A DNA stretch of 64,000 nt from Psammoneis japonica (Eukaryota): NCBI GenBank assembly GCA_008632985.1, contig QPGO01000150.1:62001-126000 (forward strand), given 5' to 3'. Of the stretch, positions 39,196 through 51,380 are shown piece after piece. Under the pieces are notes generated by a model, which saw only the letters and a program-made list of their open reading frames with translations, was not told the DNA's origin and did no database searches. Numbering within the stretch: the first letter of the stretch is position 1; the number at the start of each line of letters is the position of its first letter. The position numbers and the translations under genes were made by a program.

Positions 39196-42100
39196 CTCGC
39201 CTCCCAATTGCACATTAGAGTCATTTGTTGAGTGGATTGTTCGACGGACATTGACAGTGTCAACAATGTCTCCACGTTCACTGCATTGTGCCATTGGCAA
39301 TGACTGTTGTTGTTGCAGGCAATGTGGGGCCGTTCCAATTTCCGAATGTCTTTTGAGAGTGACGTTGTTTGTTTCTCACTTAACATGCACACACACAGCA
39401 TTGCGTCGAGCATTCTCATTGACGTTCTTGTTGATGTGAACACAAGGACAATTGTCCTGGAGCAAGTGTTTTTCCTGACATCGATTGTGCACAGCATCGT
39501 GCCCAGCACTTAATGCACGCTCTCAATTGTGGCGTTCACTTGCTTGCTTGTGGATTTCATGCAGTTTGGCGGGCTTGCTTTACATGCCACATTGCTCTGC
39601 TGCACTGCCACGTTTCACAAGTGACAATGAACGATGGTCAAAGACATTGTGACCATTTCGTCTTGACAATCAATCCTGTGATGGTTGTGAATTCCATTGT
39701 GGATTTTTTTTTGCACTTCAACCATCTGTCAGTTGGATTTTAATCGTCATTTGGATGTTTCTTTCTGACATGCCGGTGTCATTTTGTCATTCCGAAGGCA
39801 CTGGTTTCGTGCACTAAGTGGAAAAATGTCCATTTTTCTTTTCTTTTCTTTTTCTAGATCTTTGGCACATCTCGTGTGTCTGCATGATGTGTGTTTTAAT
39901 GTCTTGCCTCGCACATTGTACAATGCAACCGCACGGGTGTTGTGAGATTGTCTTTTGCCAGTGTGAAGTGGACACGTGTGATGCACACCAATCTGTCACT
40001 GTTTTTTCCTAAATCGTCCTTTAAAAAGGCGATTTTGTCCTCATGACATGAGCATTTTTCGATCTCGCTCGCCTCCACGAAAAGTGTTCGCATGACATGT
40101 CGCGTCCGACAATTTGGAGGGAAATGTCTTCATCCCGTTTTAACGGCAGGACATTGTCGTAGGATTCAATTTTCTGTGGCAAGTCGGCTGATCGCGTCTG
40201 TCGTGACAATGTTCACCTTGCCCTCGTTGTGCTCTAATTTGGGACTGAAGTTGTCAACGTATGACTTTGTCCGTTGTGTCTTGTGATCCGTGCATGCACA
40301 AATCTGTTGGCCAAACAGCACATTTCGGAATTTTGTGGGTGTTTTCACTGTGGACAGAAGTTCTTTTTTCCGTTGTAACGCATGATGTTGAAATCCGTGC
40401 ATGATGACAATGCAGTTTTTGATTTGATGTGCTCCACATTTTTGGAGACTTTTCGTTCCGTACTTGCACTTTTGCCGTTGACCTTTGTTGAGGTGAATCT
40501 GGCCAGCATTGTGCAGGAGATCGTTGAGACCACATGTCTCGACAGCAGTGACGCATGACGACGAGATGTCGCAGTGTTCTTTGCGTTTTTCTCATGTTGC
40601 GATTGCTTGAATCGCCTCCATTTTCTTTGTAATCGAATGCATGTCGTTGCTCATGGAAGTCTTCATAGTTTGTTTCAAGTTAAACAGTGAAGGACTTTTG
40701 TTGTCAACCTTCTAAGTGACTGTTCCAGTCGTTTGAATGCCGCACTAAGCTGTCACTTGTGCAGGTGACATTTTGAAGTTACTTTTGTCAGGCACAAACG
40801 ATCACATGCAGTCGTTCTGACAACTTCAAACCTGTTGTGAGTTCACTCAAGTGTTGCACAAAAATGTCTGGGGCTCCACAGATTCTCGTTGGAAGTCCAC
40901 AGCACTCATTTTCTCCCCACGGCATGATTTTCGTGTGAGCACGACGTGTGCTTTTTTCATTTGACATGGTGGCATTCCATGTTTGAATCAAACAGATTGC
41001 ATGCATGAAACGTTCTTGCTTCAATGGCATTTCCTGAACATTGGGCAAAGGATGCACCACCTGTGTGAACCTTGTGCCAAGCTTCTGAGTGTCGGGTGCG
41101 GTCGAACTCGACCTGTTTTCTTTGGACAATGAGTCTCAGAGCGACTCATTCAGAGCAATTTCATTCTTGAGACTTCAATCTTTCACAACAGGTCAAACTC
41201 CTTTTGATTGGACACCTCCAAAGACTGTGATGGGAGAAGGTTCTCACGCGTCGTGGAATCACGTCAGATTTTCCACGATGAGATCCACTGATGCTTCCCA
41301 CACATTCGTCTGAGGAGCTTTTCAAAAAGATTTCAACCTCTTGAGAAGAAGATTGAGTTGGTTGTGTTCATTTGGGTCAGATGCATCGCCGCAGTTGTCA
41401 CTTGATTGGGGTCGATGGCATGACAATGTGAGTCGAGGACCATTGGTTCCGTCACCAACTCCATTCACGGCGTCATGTTTTTCAATGTGATCGGTTTTCA
41501 GCTTGAAAACATCGGCATCGAAGAGTGTGCGAACATTCTTCACAGGGCAATTGCTTCTTCCCATTTGATTTCTTCAATTGCGTGGTCCAACATGACATGA
41601 TTGCAAGACTGGACATTGAGTCGCGTCCCATGATCACATTGCTCGACCTTGAAGAAGATTTCGTGTCATCGACATGTGCTGTTTGAATGTCAGCACGTCT
41701 TAAATTTGCATGGTGAGAACTGAATTTGGTTTCTGCTGTCAGTCGTAAAGAGCTCACCCTTGGTTTCCCAAGTTTTTTGGTGGCGGATGTTTTGTGTTCT
41801 CGACTTTGCACGATTTTGAGTAAAATCATGGGCTGATGATGTTCTTTGTCGAGAGAACAGGCAGATGCTTTTTTCTCTCCTTTCCCAAGGAAGTGTTCGT
41901 GTAAATGATGACTCCTGGACTGGCGTGAATCATTTCTGCCTTTTTTCTGGGCTTCCCAATGTCCAGCAAAGCAAACAATTCGTGAATGGACCCAAATTGT
42001 TCTTCGGATTCACTCTGGATCATCCGATCACATTGGTGTTTTTCTTCACTGAGGGTGTCAGAATCTGATTTTTTGCCCTCATGCTCTTTTTCTTTGTTCG

Positions 42101-43186
42101 AGGAACTCGCTTTGAGCATTTTTTGAACCGCCTGATCAATCATGACGTTCAACTCTTTTTTGCGAGCGGCATTTTCGTTGTCGCGACGCGACCGCGTGCG
42201 ATTGCCATTTTAAACGGCGCATTTTTGGGTCTCTTTCAGAGTCACCCTTGCACTCTTTTGCCAGTTCATTTTCAGAATGGCTCCAATCCGTGATGTGGGC
42301 ATTCTTTTTTCAAAGATTGGACCTGGCATTCACTTTGGATTGTTCAGGTGCCGTGTGGGAGACCATTTTTGGAACCAAATTTGGAGCCATTTTGGTTTTG
42401 GAATCAATTCCACTGTCAGAGCCTGATTTGACATGGTTTGTTGTCACAGACATCATGAACGACTTCTAGACGACTCAAAACTCAATCAGCTCATCAAGGA
42501 TGAGTTCCAACAGTTGGTTGTTTTGGACAGCAGACTGAGGCTGCCATCCTTGCGGTGCGAGTGACAGCCAATGGCTCACGACTCGGTTTCCCGCTAGATT
42601 CAACTTAGAATCCATTGAAGGGTTGCATGGACGCTCTTCATTGACCTCTTGGGTCCAACAGAGGCTTTCTTGCTGTCAAGCAGCTCTGGTTTCTTCAGAT
42701 CGTTTCGAAAACAACAACTCCGATTCTGAAGTGCAGTTCCTGGAAAGACATGAGATGAGAGACTCTTGAGGTGCTTTCCAACGGTTCCTTCTTGCTCTTT
42801 GGATCGAGGCTCGTTGATTCGGTCTCTAAAAACTCTCCAATGGTCTCTCCTTGCAAAGTAGATGCATTTCTCGGATCTGATCGACTCGGGACTTGCATTC
42901 TCTGCAACCATGACTTGGTGTAGATTTTTTGACAATGCGGTGCACTTGTGGAGTCCTTGATCCTTGGATGCTTGGAATGGACCGCACTAGAACGAATCTT
43001 GTCATTTGCTAGACGAAAAACAGCGTTCCATCTTGAGGCACTGCTCGGATTGAGCTTCTTCCGCTCGGAAATCGATTCTGGCAGAACTGATGCGATTCGT
43101 CCCTGTTCACAGAAGAATTTGCAAAGGCACATTAGGTAAAATTTTCATTTTCCGTGCTTTTTACCTTCTGTGGTGTGTGTGCACAA

Positions 43187-43553
43187 TGCACTGTGCTCGA
43201 AGAACGAGTGTAAACGAAAGTAGAACGAAGTTCGAAAAGTGAAAATTATGAGATTAAATTTTGCTCTGTGATTTTTGGTTTCTCCGAACGAGTTCTCAAT
43301 GGCCTAAAGCTTCTGCACTGCTTCTACAGACAAAAGGCCTTTCGGAGAACATGTTCGTGACAACAGATTGTCCGGATGCGATTGCTGTTGACACGCAAGA
43401 TGTCAACATCGTCAATCGATCGTGTTTGCAATTCTCGACATCCGATCAACTCTGTGTGATCGTTCTGTCCTTTGTGTGCATCCACGACTGTGGTGCGATT
43501 GACGTGCAAACAACACACAATCATAAATGTGTGTGTAACAGTCGCATGCTGCA
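43187..43553 (-). repeat. 5' LTR of the gypsy element
   Basis: Ungapped direct repeat of 38829-39195. Confidence 0.95.
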
Positions 43554-44793
43554 GCACCCTCCAAAAGCAGTGCGCTCTTTGCTGGTCCACCAGACATGAC
43601 AATGATGCTGCTGCTTTTGTTCCTCTTTCCCTCACTCACCCCCAAGAGATTCTTGCTCATTGTTGCTGTTGTTGTTTCAACAAGAGCGCTCTCTGGCACC
43701 ACTTCATCCAAAGAGAGCAGCGCCCCCCTCTGTCCCCTGTTTTGTTGTGTGTGCGCTGGACCCACCCTCCCAGCAGCTGCAAATGTGTCGTGCAGTCAAG
43801 TGGTTGTTGTTTGCCACCATGAACATGTGCAAGACTTGCACCCATTCTTGAAATCCAGCGCCTTTCTGAACTCTGCTGTGCAAGCACAGCCAGCCACCAG
43901 GTTTCTTGCTGGTGCTGACACCACTCACAAAAGAGCTTCTTGTTCACTCGACCCCCTCTTCCTGTTCTTTGTCAAGGAGAAGATTTGTGCCAATGTCATG
44001 TCAAGAGCATTGCTGTGCACACATGGCCATTGTGCAAGGTGCTTCCAGCATGCTGTTCCAGCCTTGTTGTGGACAAACCCCAAACCAACAAAACTCTGCA
44101 GCACACTCAAGGCAAAAGGCTGTCTCTCTCCTCCTTTGAAGCCCAGGCTCTCTTTTCCATCATTTTGTTGCACACTTCTTGTCACAAAAACAACTCAAGA
44201 AGTGCAGAGAAGCAGATGATGGCTGCACCAAAAACGTCAGCACAACAAGAGTGCAGCGCCATTCCACCCTGCTGCACCAGCTCTGCCAAAATGCCAGCCA
44301 GCATTTTTCTAAATGAAGGTGCCTCCAGAATGATGCCAGAGGTTCTTGTTGCTTCCCCCAGCAACACTCCTCTGTGGCTCTGCCTCTCATCAGCACTCCA
44401 ACAATGCTTTGGCACTGCTCCAGTGTCCAGTGGCTCCTGGCAGGAAAGCAAGCTGCAAGCAACAAGATGGTTGAGCAGCTGGGTGATCACCCAGCATCGC
44501 CCCTCCTGGCACCCAGACTCAGTCAATGTGGGTGGAGCTAACAGCAAAAGTGAAAAGCAGGTTTGTGCCTCTCTTTGCTGAGCAGATGACAAAACAAGAT
44601 GGGCAAGGAATGCAGCATCATCAAAGAGGCTTTTGAAAAATGAGACACATGGCAGAGCAACAGCGGGAAAAAAGTTGAACAGAAGGACAAAAAAAGTGGC
44701 ATCTTGGCACTCGCATGAAGTCAAGAAAACAGTGATTCTTTGCTTTTTCAGCAAACAAGCCCTTTGGGGGGGGGGGGGGCTCACCATGCTCAT

Positions 44794-44995
44794 GTGGAAG
44801 ATGAGAAATGTCCAGCCTGCCATTTGTGTGCTGATGCTGTTGCCACATGGTGTCCGTGCATGACGAAGGATTGTGCGGCGTGGTGGTGAACAGCACTGCG
44901 CTTGTGTGGAAGATGAGAAATGTCCAGCCTGCCATTTGTGTGCTGTTGCTGTTGCCACATGGTGTCCGTGCATGAAGGATTGTGTGACGTGGTGG
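44794..44995. repeat. About 112-bp tandem duplication
   Basis: GTGGAAGATGAGAAATGTCCAGCCTGCCATTTGTGTGCTG at 44794 and 44906. Confidence 0.9.
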
Positions 44996-45199
44996 CAAAC
45001 AGCACAAAGTGCACAGCAAAGTCATTGCAGGAGGTCCTGGCCCCCTCACAACTCTTGTGTGAGTCAATGCCAAAATCACAGCACATCTAAATGCACGAAC
45101 TCTGGTCTAAACCCAGATCTTGTGCAACAAACTGTTGCATTCCTGCAACTGATCTTGGTGCTGAGTCACACAGTCAGTCACTCAGTCAGCCACTCAGTC

Positions 45200-45750
45200 A
45201 ACAAATGCAGCAGAAACTTTGGCATGATCAAATTGTGCTCTTCTGCAGCCTGCTCTTTGATGCCCTGCCCTGCCAACCAACCTTGCAAGCAGTTGGCTCC
45301 AATGATGGCCACAACCCATGCAAACAATTTCTGTGACAACATTGGCACTCAGTGTCTTGACAAAAAGAGTGAGCCACTCTGCCGCTCTTTTTCTTGTTGG
45401 GTCTTGTCTTGCTCCAAAGCAACAACACTTTGTTGTCTTCCAACAAATTGCTTGTTGTCACTTGCATCAATGTCAGAAGTCAAACCATTCAAGATTGGCA
45501 CATGCTTGCAGCCCACATCCTGCAATGGCGGTCCTTGTTGGTGCTGTTTCGGAGCGGAGCTTTTGGCAGCTTGACGAAAGCCTCCGGCACTTGCCTTGGC
45601 AGCTGCTGTGGCATGCTGCTGCTTTTCATTGTCACTTCCTTCCGCTGCTGCTTCTCACTCCAATGGTGCCTCTTGGCTCACTTGTCCATGGCAATTTTGG
45701 AGAATGATTTGAGTTGATGCATGTGGCAGCTCTTGGTGCCTTTGAGCACT
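45200..45750 (-). pseudogene. Hypermutated duplicate of the 3' coding end of gene 47305-49015 (source about 47310-47835)
   Basis: Shared GAAACTTTGGCATGAT, TGCCAACCAACCTTGCAAG, TCAAACCATTCAAG and TTTTGGCAGCTTGACGAAAGCCT. Confidence 0.92.
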
Positions 45751-45910
45751 TCACATTTGCATGAGAAAGTCTCAAAGGTGTCATTTGTCCAGTTGAAAAA
45801 TGACTGTTTCAGGTCATTTTGGGGGTGTTCCAGGACCCGCGGGTCGACAAGCAAGAACACTCGACTTCGGCGGGTTCTCATTCGTCGGTGAACGGCATCT
45901 GTCGTGCACC

Positions 45911-46924
45911 ATGTCTTCGTCCCCCGAGCAACCGAGCAATGTCAACCAGTTCAATGTCAACGACCAAGGCAACGTCAACCAGATCAATGTCAGCGACCAA
46001 GGCAATGTCAACATGATCAAGGTCCAAATTTGCAAGTGCCAGTGGTTTTCAGACCAGCCGACTTGGGCGAAAGTCCTGGAAATGTCTTTGTTTGTTGTTG
46101 CGGCAACAGGCTCCACCGTTGCTGGTGTTGTCCTTGGCGGTGATGACAGCAACGGTGACGAATCGTTGCCATCCCCTGGCAAGTCTTCACCAACGCCACC
46201 GTCAATGACAGCAACTCCAAGTGTCTCACCGACGCCACGGAATGCAGAAGGACCACCGGTGCGTACACCGTCTTGGCATCCAACGCCGGTGCCTGCCCAT
46301 GCTCCTACATTGCCAATGCCCACGCCGTCTCCGACGCGTTGGCCCACCCGCTCACCAACGGCGCCGCCAACATCGCAGACACCAACCCCAGCACCCACGT
46401 CTTTGCCTGCTGTTGCCATTCCACCAGCAAACACATTTGTAGTCGGACCGGCACTGCCCAGTGCCAGAACTTTTCCCTTTGCCTTTGGTGGGGGCAATGT
46501 AGGTGCAACCGTTGGTAACGATTGGAAAACAAGTGAATTTCCCGGTGCGCCATCTGGTGTCACCAATGCACCCTTGCTGTTTTCGGGGTCATTCGAGAAC
46601 GGGAATTGGGTCGCCGGGGGGCTCGGATCATGCAGCAAAGACGGATGTTACGGTGCTTTGACCAAGCCATTTGAAATCGTCCATGCCAATGGTCTCACCA
46701 CTGCTCGCATCATTGGGATTGCCTTTGGTGACGACTCTGATAATGATGACTTTGCACTTTTGGCGGCACAAGGACAATCGCTGTTTACGGCTCCGTTGAC
46801 CATCCCACCCTTCTCCACGCAGGTCACTTTTCTCACTGGTTCATATGAAAATATGATACCTGGCACCCATCTATTGGATGAAGAGCTGTCCGGCTTTTCC
46901 CTCGAAGTGAGGCCAGCATTGTAA
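45911..46924 (+). CDS. Single-pass membrane protein with Pro/Thr stalk, partly TpA-depleted
   Basis: Open frame with NVN..NV.DQG repeats, a TM segment, a PT stalk and a globular C-terminus. Confidence 0.6.
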   Translation: MSSSPEQPSNVNQFNVNDQGNVNQINVSDQGNVNMIKVQICKCQWFSDQPTWAKVLEMSLFVVAATGSTVAGVVLGGDDSNGDESLPSPGKSSPTPPSMTATPSVSPTPRNAEGPPVRTPSWHPTPVPAHAPTLPMPTPSPTRWPTRSPTAPPTSQTPTPAPTSLPAVAIPPANTFVVGPALPSARTFPFAFGGGNVGATVGNDWKTSEFPGAPSGVTNAPLLFSGSFENGNWVAGGLGSCSKDGCYGALTKPFEIVHANGLTTARIIGIAFGDDSDNDDFALLAAQGQSLFTAPLTIPPFSTQVTFLTGSYENMIPGTHLLDEELSGFSLEVRPAL

Positions 46925-47304
46925 AAAATGGAAGTAAGCTAGAGCACTTCCCGATACAATAGTGTGTCACATATGCTTTTTCTGTTCTCCTATATACCAG
47001 TTGTGTTGTTTAAGGCGACCATTGGTGCACCAAAAGATTGCCGCGATCCTGAAAGGGAAACCGATACTCCCACTAACAGCAAGAAAAAAACCCTAGGAAT
47101 CCACCGAGGCATGACTGTTGGGCTGACTGTCACGACCAAGCCACTTTTGACTGGAAATGAGATGATCCCGGCAGGACTCTGACAAACTAGCAATGAAACT
47201 CTTTAGACTCTCTAGACACGAGATTGCACGTCGCAAGACTATCGTAGTAGACACTAGCTCGCAATCATAACCATCTCAATAAGCTCTCTCTCTCTCTCTC
47301 TATT

Positions 47305-49015
47305 TCAATACAATGGAAACTTTGGCATGATTAAATCTCGTTCTTCTGCCGCTTTCTTGATACCCTGCCATGCCAACCAACCTTGCAAGTAGTTGATTCC
47401 CATGACCAAGACCCGCGCCGACAATTTCTGTAACCACCTTGGTACTCGGTGTCTCGACAAGAAGAATAAACCACCACCGTCTCTTTTCTTGTTGCTGAGT
47501 TTCGTCTTGTTCCAAAAGGAACGCTTCATCCTCCTCTAACGAATTGCTTGTCGCTTGCATCATGTCGGAAATCAAACCATTCAAGGTTGACACGTACTCG
47601 TAATCGGCATCCCGTAAGGGTTGTCCTTGTCGACACTGTTCCGGAATGGCATTTTTGGCAGCTTGACGAAAGCCTTCAACACTCGCCTTGGCGGCGGCTG
47701 TGGCATGCTCCTGCTGCTGCTGCTTCTTTTCGTTGGTTCCTTCTTGTTCCAACAAGGCCTCTTCGTATACTTGTCCGTAATAATTACGGAGTGATTCGAG
47801 TTGATCCATGTATAGCGTTCGTGCCTTTTCAGCAATACTCAAGAGAATGGAATGAACGTTGCTACTACTACCGCTTTCCTCTTCCAATAAGCACTGACGT
47901 GCGTTTTCCAAAATGGCCGTGATTGTCTCACCAAAGTGTTCAAGAGGCGGTCTTGTTGTTGCTTCATCATCACTTTCTTCTGCAACATGTAGCCAAATTG
48001 CTTCTTGTTGTTGTTTTAATTCGTCCAGTTTCATCCATGCGCGTGACAATACCTCGTCTACTCGATTGATTTGTGGTGGTTTTTGTTGATTAGATTCATC
48101 CTTGTCATTTTCTTCTGCGGTAGTCGACACGGCAATCGGTGGTGGTTCTTCTTGTGCAGCTTGCTCTTGTCGTACTATCGAATCGGAAGTGTCCTCTGAC
48201 GTTGTTTCTGTTTTATCTAAAGAGGGGTCCATCGTGGCGTCTTGCTCTTGAGCAGTTTCATCTCGTTCCACTTGCGATTCTTCTTGTTCCAACTCTAATG
48301 AAAACTGACACGTCAATCCGTTGGAGAGTGATGCATAAATTTCACGCAGTAACTTTGGAAACGCCTCCAATTCAACCACAGGAGATTCATTCTCGGTATT
48401 TTGAATCTCCAAAAGAACTTCTTTTACCAATTCTTGATACTCCTTTATGGAGGATACAATTTCAAGTCTTGATACAAGTTCGGGCGTCCAGTGCTGAAAA
48501 TCATGCTGGACGACATGATTCATGGCATCGTCTATGTACTCTTGATTGTTTTTCATCAAGACGGCAACTAGTTTTGGTTTGCCCAAGCCACCCGCAGTGA
48601 CACGTCGTTGAATACCTCGTAGGAGGGGTTGTAATTGCTGTTGCGAGTCGTCGTCGTTGTATGATATGAGCAACACGTCACAAAGCATACCCATGGTTTC
48701 CAGTACAGCATCTCGATTACTTCCAACAAACTTGTCACTAATAATGGTCGATGAATCATCCAAAGGAACAATGGCAACGACAGTCGTTCCGTCTACCATG
48801 TCAATGCTTCCAATGGAAACATACTTTTTTTCTTTTTCTTGAAGAGTACTTCGAGTAGTTGTTTCGCCTCCATGAGGGACGACTCCCCAAAATCGTGACA
48901 GACTTGGTCGTTTCGCTGTAGCGTCAACAAGTGATGTATGCAAGCATAATGTGATGAAAAAGAAAAGGACGAGAACAACCGTGGATGCAAGAAACAAGTT
49001 GTTGTTTGACATCAT
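47305..49015 (-). CDS. Uncharacterised protein with signal peptide, acidic middle and C-terminal GINYLQGWLAWQ...MPKFPLY
   Basis: Long ORF with an apparent 2-nt frameshift near 47480. The decayed duplicate at 45200-45750 keeps the continuous frame across that site. Confidence 0.7.
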
Positions 49016-49907
49016 GGTCGTGTCGTCATGATGGTGCAAAAATTTTGTGAGGTCGCAAACGATAAAACCGCGCGAATGAAGATCGCGCATTCTCGATCTT
49101 TTGACACGCGTCATTATGACATCACAATCAGAACTCAAATTGAATGATGTATCTATGAATAAATATTAAAGATTATTCATTCGGCACGTGCAACAAACAG
49201 GCATTGTTTCGCCAACATAACAAGAAGCAAACAAGCCGCCGAGAGTGAGTGTGTTTGCTTGTGTTGGCATTGTTGATTAGCGCCAAGTGATTGCAAGCGT
49301 AGCACACACAAGAGAGAAAGAGAGACGAGTTATTGAATTTTGTATTCGCTTTTGATCAGGGTGTCTCTGCATCACTGTCAAGGCAAAAAAAAGACACAAA
49401 ACATCAAAAAATCATTCCGAGCGTATCTCTACGTAGAACTTGTACTGATTTCTACACAAACCAAGACAGACAGAGGTGAGTGGAATGCTTTTCGTAGCCC
49501 TACACATGGTGAACATCACACCGATCAATGCACAACGTCCGTGTAAGAAGATGTATGGTACTATTGTTTCTCTTGTGTTTTATTGCTTTGGCGCTCTGTC
49601 ATTTGCCGTTCCATACATTCACTATGATGATGTCGACAATAACAACATGCCGACGAACTCAGCTTGGCGTGAATCGCATTGGCGGCAAATCAGAAATTCC
49701 CTCTTTTCGATGCATTATATGTTTTCATACAATTGTTACAGGAACTAGGAATTTCGTGTCTTTTGTGTTTCTTGTCACGGACTCAATCAAGTCCCGTTTC
49801 GTTTCGCTCACGATTTGCGTGATGTTTTTGTTCTGACACGACGTTGTTTGATCTCAGGCAGACTTTTACCACTCGTAAACGCGTACTCTTTCTGACACAC
49901 ATAAATC

Positions 49908-51014
49908 ATGGCAGGGAAGCAACCATTCAAGCCAGACGGCACTACCATGCAGACACGACAACGACGACGAAGATCATGGTGGCAATTCAAGACACAAGCA
50001 GAGCCGATGGACGAGCTGGCGAAGAAAAGCAACAATTCAGAATTGTTTCCTCGTATTGACACGATGCAAGCCTTGAAGCAATTGCAGACTACAGATCATC
50101 CACAACAACGCAATAGCTCGTCTTCGTCATCATCATCGCTCGAAACCATACCATCGAGAAATGGTGAACAAGAAAAGGTGGTAGTGTTGGAGAAGAAACA
50201 ATCATTGTCAACAATAACGTCGTCATCAGCAACTCCAGTCGAGGCGTACTATGTCAACCGAGAAATGACTCTGACGCAGGAACGAATCAATGCGCTCACC
50301 ATGATACCGAGTCCACTGTACTGTATATACTACTTGGTATCGGGAATATGGTTCAATCAAGCAGTAATTGTTGAAACTGGCAAGAACGTTTCGCAGCCGT
50401 CTTCTTTTGGTACTCCATTCAATGCCTTGTTTGCGGACGAGCACGGTTGCATCCATTCCTCATGGTTCCCAAATCTACACGCACTCCCACCGCTCCCACT
50501 CATCATGGTGGCACTCGCCATTGTCCTTCACGCTCCCTTTTCCTTTGTCTACCATTGGACCTATGCCTATCCACTGGGTCAAGGACGTATCCATCATTGG
50601 TCACGACGCATGGATCAAGCCATGATTCATGTCGCGTCCGCCTTTATTTCCTTTGGCACATCGGGTAGTTGGGATTACTTTTTGGTCAATTTGGCCTTTG
50701 ATTTGGATTGTGCATACCGACTCTTTGTGGGAAAGATCAATCCCCGTCGTAGTCAAATTCGTATCGGTATTTCCGTCGTGGCGTATACCATTCCACTACT
50801 TTTGAAGGAGGTGTTTTTGTTTGTCAAGGTATGGACCGTCATGGGCTTGGCGTTTTGGATCTTTTTGAAATATCCCTTTGGTGGATGGTCACACAGTGTC
50901 TTTCATATCGTGACGGCCTTGGCGGTACCATTCTTTATGGAGGCGGCACTCGACACGACGGCGAGTCTAGACCAATTACGAGTCGCGACAGCGTGTGCTA
51001 CTGTGCGGTTGTAA
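49908..51014 (+). CDS. PAQR/haemolysin-III-like (CREST) membrane protein
   Basis: Several TM helices with SFVYH, RRMDQAMIH and HSVFH motifs. Confidence 0.7.
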   Translation: MAGKQPFKPDGTTMQTRQRRRRSWWQFKTQAEPMDELAKKSNNSELFPRIDTMQALKQLQTTDHPQQRNSSSSSSSSLETIPSRNGEQEKVVVLEKKQSLSTITSSSATPVEAYYVNREMTLTQERINALTMIPSPLYCIYYLVSGIWFNQAVIVETGKNVSQPSSFGTPFNALFADEHGCIHSSWFPNLHALPPLPLIMVALAIVLHAPFSFVYHWTYAYPLGQGRIHHWSRRMDQAMIHVASAFISFGTSGSWDYFLVNLAFDLDCAYRLFVGKINPRRSQIRIGISVVAYTIPLLLKEVFLFVKVWTVMGLAFWIFLKYPFGGWSHSVFHIVTALAVPFFMEAALDTTASLDQLRVATACATVRL

Positions 51015-51380
51015 AACTCTACTAAAAGAGGTTGCGCTACTACTACAATGCGGGCGAGATGTTTTATGCAACAATAATTTAGAATGCGGTATCGAGAGTG
51101 AGTTTTGCCTTGAAGCGTTTGGTACAAAGATTACGCAGCTTTGAAATTTTGGTCTGCGTCTCTTATTGGTCGCAAAAGGCCAACCACTTGACACAATCCA
51201 TCCCTTTTGGGTTTTCTTGTGAAGTGTCGTTACGGAGGATACGAGTACTGTATTGAAATTTTGGACCTTGTCGCTGATTGGCGCGCAAGGCCGAGTCGGT
51301 GTCAGCATTTTGGGGTCACATTGCAGCGCACCTCGTCTCATTATTATTAGGCCGGCAGGGGGATCCATCTTGTTTTGACA

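Larger units (their letters stand above)
38829..43553 (-). mobile_element. Full-length decayed Ty3/gypsy LTR retrotransposon
   Basis: 367-bp LTRs with TG..CA ends, 4-bp TSD GCAC and PPT GGGAGGCGAG on the minus strand. Remnants of protease (IMGRD), RT (HPLPNVQ, PWG...GAPDIF) and RNase H (KELLS...CTDHK, DAISRL). Confidence 0.95.

Noticed and set aside
38829..43553. Classical fungal RIP as the cause of LTR divergence
   Set aside because: RIP raises TpA and AT content. Here TpA is depleted, and the host-gene duplicates polarise the change as TA->TG/CA.
12630..47490. Programmed frameshifting or pseudogenisation at about 12635, 16600, 34690, 37785 and 47480
   Set aside because: Each is a 1-2 nt shift in an otherwise intact gene, including a C-run in conserved SKP1, with no slippery-site pattern. 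Assembly indel errors are the simplest explanation. Read mapping would settle it.
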